Below, one piece after another: positions 60,798-64,000 of a stretch of 64,000 bases of DNA. The notes under the pieces were generated by a model. The model saw nothing but the letters and a program-made list of their open reading frames with translations, made no database searches and was not told the DNA's origin. The DNA lies in assembly GCF_009914755.1 (NCBI RefSeq), contig NC_060931.1; one strand, written 5' to 3'. Every line of letters starts with the position of its first letter. Within the stretch, counting starts at the first letter, position 1. Source of the stretch: the human T2T-CHM13v2.0 reference genome, Homo sapiens. Position numbers and translations under genes: made by a program.

Positions 60798-62659
60798 CTG
60801 CATACACACACAAAGATGTTGCCAGGCATTAACAACTGCCCAGTGTCTCTGCCCTCAGACAAATAACCAGGAAGCCCATGCAGTAAACACACCCTGGGAT
60901 CAGAACCGCCCCCACCGTTACTCTAGTGTGGATATGCATCAAGCCTCACATTCCATCGTCTTTCATGTTAGACATGGTTACACTTGGACTTCGGACAGGT
61001 AAGTCTGCTTTCTCTGCAACTCAGCTATTAATCTCAGCCTTGGTCTATCCAATTCTATCGCTATCATATCTGAAATGATGTCTACAGGTGTCTAGAAAGC
61101 ACCTCGTCTTGCCTTGTTCCTCTCAGATGCCTCCTATGGCCTGCTCTGGCACCTCACTGTGGTCCACACTGGACCAGTGGACCCGTGCTGCGAGCTCAAC
61201 TACCGAGTGCGGCACTGTCTACACCCTAAACCTGACTGTAGAGGCTTCTTTGGGTCCCATTTGGGTCCCAGCATGCCACAAGCCGGGTGGCCACTGTCAA
61301 CCTGCTGGTTGTTAATCTGGTGTGGAGCTGGCCACAGCACTGTCATCAGCTCCACTGACACCATCTCTTTGCCTAGAGACAGTGTACCTTGTTGACTGGG
61401 TATTCTAAGTCCCTCAATCAACATAGATTTATTGTCTAGGCACTTGGGATACACAAGGTAGCGAAACACACAGATCCCTGCCAAGATTACACTCTAGCTG
61501 GGAGTCAGAAAACAATAAGCAACCATAATAAGTAAATGACATGGTAGGTTATAAAGTGATAGGTCCCGGGGAAGAAAGGAAAAGCAGAGTCAGGTGGGAG
61601 GACTGAAGCCGCCAGGATGCTGCTGCTGCTGCTGCTGCGAGAGAAGTCGCTAACGATTCCCACCCTGCACCGACAGGCAGCCTGAGGGATGCGAAGTGTT
61701 TCATGGGTATCTGGTAAGATGAATGTTCTTGGACACCTTTGTGTTGATATGTGTCCTTAGAGCTGGCCTCAGCATAGCAGCAGGTGACCCCCAGATACTT
61801 GCTGCCTACAGGAAGCACGAGGTGGGCCGCCCAGCTGGCGCTGAGCACACTGTGGAAGGAATGGCTCTCTCAAGGACCTCCAAAGACGCTCTCGTGGTAT
61901 TAAGTTTAAAGTTTCTTAGCATCCCTGAAACATATTCTAATGCCATCTTCTGGGTATCTTGGATATACTCTAGCGGAATTTTAAGAAGACTGACAGGCAA
62001 GAAGTGCTACACAACCCTGTGTTCTTTGATGACACAGAGCAACAGGGTCAGCTGATTACAACCTCAAATCTACCAAGACTGGAGACAAAGGCATTCAGTT
62101 CTCCTCACAGGCCTGGTCAACATCCTACAGCATCTCAGCTTACTTAACTCAAATGCTTCCTAGGAAATGTTTCCATTGAGTTGGGTGCAGAGTAACAGGC
62201 TTAACCTTAAGGTTCAGGATTCATGCTGCAAGGTTGGTGTGCTCACGTTACACACTCCCTCAGGCCTGTTCGCGACCACAGAAGGCCATGGCAGTAAGGG
62301 GAAGCGGGGGGAGCTCTAAACCACGCCTTTCAGGATCTGTTCCTTCAAAGAGAGAAGTCAGGTGAGAACTAACAGGGCTACCCCACAGAGCAGGGCCAGG
62401 GCAGCTGATTCGGAGGCTACGAACAGTCTCTTTTACTCCCAGCCTTCACTGGGGGGAGACACATAGTCACATCGAGCACATCAGCCCAGATTTCAGGGTC
62501 CAAATTGGAACCCCAACAGCCCGTGAGGAGAGTTGAAGGCCCAGCATGAGGGTCAGGAAAGCCCCTCCTTGGCAGTGTTGCTCAGCAATCCTGGCGGAAA
62601 TAGGGAGGACTCAGACTCACTGGAGTGGACCCTGGGCGTCAATAACAAAAGGCTCAATT

Positions 62660-62798
62660 CTTTTTTTTTTTTTTCTTCTTTTTTGAAATAGAGACGAGAT
62701 CTCGCTATATCACCTGGGCTAGTTTCGAACCCTGGCTCAAGCAATGCTCCAGCCTCAGCCTCCCAAAGCCCTAGGATTATAGATGTGAGCCACTATGA
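62660..62798 (-). mobile_element. Alu monomer (FLAM-like)
   Basis: T tail followed by a single antisense Alu arm. Confidence 0.8.
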
Positions 62799-63706
62799 AG
62801 GGGCTCAATTCTGACTTACATTTCTAACAGATTTGGAGTGGCAAGGGAGCTTGGATCAAATAGTCAAATATTCTTCCATGGAGGAAAGGCAAAGAAAGGA
62901 GAAGGTAACCCCTTAGGAAATATTTTAGTCTAAAAAAGAATATCTAATGATACCTCAGGAAACCTTCCCCTGAGATGGAAGGGACCACGTCTTCCCCACA
63001 TCACCATTTCAGCACTGAGAGCCCCCTTCCCAGGAATCTCTGGTCCCAGGTAAAGCAGGGCAGGTCATACCCAACTGCAGAGCCTGCCTCATGCCAGTGC
63101 CTCCTGACCTAAAAACACCTCGGGAATCATCTCTGGTGCTTCCTTTCCTTCAGCCAGCCTCAGTTACGAGGTGCTGAGAAGGGAGGAAGGCAGTGAGGAG
63201 AAGTGTGGGTGTCAGGCTCACCCCCATCAAGCTCTGCTACACTCAGTAACTGTGCCATAAAGGAAGAAGATGCTTATGGCCACATGTCACAGCCACACCT
63301 GTGTGTGAATTTTGTGCAATAGCTCTGGATCCTAGGTTGGCAGTGTTCTGCTGCTGTGGTCGCCTCCTGATTCTACAGCGAAGCATGGAGGCAGTATGGA
63401 AGGAGCGCTCTGGTAGATGAGGCTCCAGCAGTGAGGCTCCAGCTGAACAATGCTGCCTCTGCACGCTGGTACGCTGTACCAGCTACCAAGCTGTTCTCAG
63501 TGACAGCTGGAACCTCAGAGCATCTAGTTTGGAAGAGGTTAAGCTTTACATCTTCAGCCCACTTAAGGGGTAAAACAAATCAAGCCCCACACTCATGGGA
63601 AGGGGAGAGGATGGAAAGGAGGGGCAGGGATGATGGCACCAAGGGGAAGTGTCCAGAACACCATCTCTCTCACCCCCAAACCAGCCGGTTTCCCATCTGT
63701 TTTTAC

Positions 63707-63850
63707 CTTAATGGCTTTTGCGGTCTCCAGTGACTGCTCAGGAGGGATTCCCACCTCCCTCTCCCTTAGCAGCTGTTGAATGAAATACGTAATATCTCTA
63801 CCTGCAATCGGGATGTGTTTGATGCAGCTTCCAATTACATAACCTTCTGC
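63707..63850 (-). CDS. ACTR3C: ACTR3C internal coding exon (144 nt, [48 protein letters not shown])
   Basis: Manual minus-strand translation gives an unmistakable Arp3 segment. Acceptor ...ttcttccctag|GCA, donor AAG|gtaaaa, phase 0/0. Not in the ORF track. Upstream exons lie beyond the window. Confidence 0.95.
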
Positions 63851-64000
63851 CTAGGGAAGAAGAGGAGGCAGAACAGCTGTGTTAGTGATTTCGTGGTGGA
63901 GAGCAGCCTGGACTCACGAGGTTTCCTGCCTCAGCCTCCCTGTCTGCCCCTCACGGCACTGACAAGCATTGACAGAATCCCCACCCTCTGCAAGCTCAGT

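Noticed and set aside
60474-60809. 111-aa ORF as a standalone gene or processed pseudogene
   Set aside because: Only 60624-60797 is Arp3-like and it is bounded by AG/GT. The rest is intron read-through.
61618-61638. (CTG/CAG)~6-7 repeat in an ACTR3C intron; poly-Ala in ORF 61549..61848
   Set aside because: Too short to be notable, and it is intronic.
59010-63850. Calling the gene ACTR3B or ACTR3
   Set aside because: The C-terminal Arp3 exons are not seen, the Q and S substitutions are present, and the MEQIPL... tail indicates ACTR3C.

Overview
Primate (almost certainly human) genomic DNA, dense in interspersed repeats. There is no prokaryotic system, CRISPR array, tRNA or rRNA. The one gene is on the minus strand: the 3' half of the Arp3-family gene ACTR3C, a partial duplicate of ACTR3B (7q36.1 by recollection). 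Three Arp3-like exons lie at 63707-63850, 60624-60797 and 59010-59102, all in phase 0 with GT-AG ends. The normal Arp3 C-terminal exons are not seen. Instead, after a ~35.7 kb intron, the frame ends in a 107-nt exon (23204-23310, MEQIPLSYPQGHGFHPLSPPFH*). That exon is the antisense strand of an old L1 ORF1 coiled-coil and is bracketed by inverted Alus. A non-coding terminal exon follows (~21469-21825, AATAAA at 21483-21488). A GC/CpG step near 38.1 kb probably marks the duplication junction. Also present: a 27-bp minisatellite built from an 18-bp perfect palindrome, a twin-primed L1, an ERVL gag-pro-pol remnant, about 20 Alus, and MaLR/ERV LTRs and MER DNA transposons. Nearly all ORFs in the supplied track are repeat-derived or chance. 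Repeat subfamily names are by-eye calls from recalled consensus sequences, and their boundaries are approximate.
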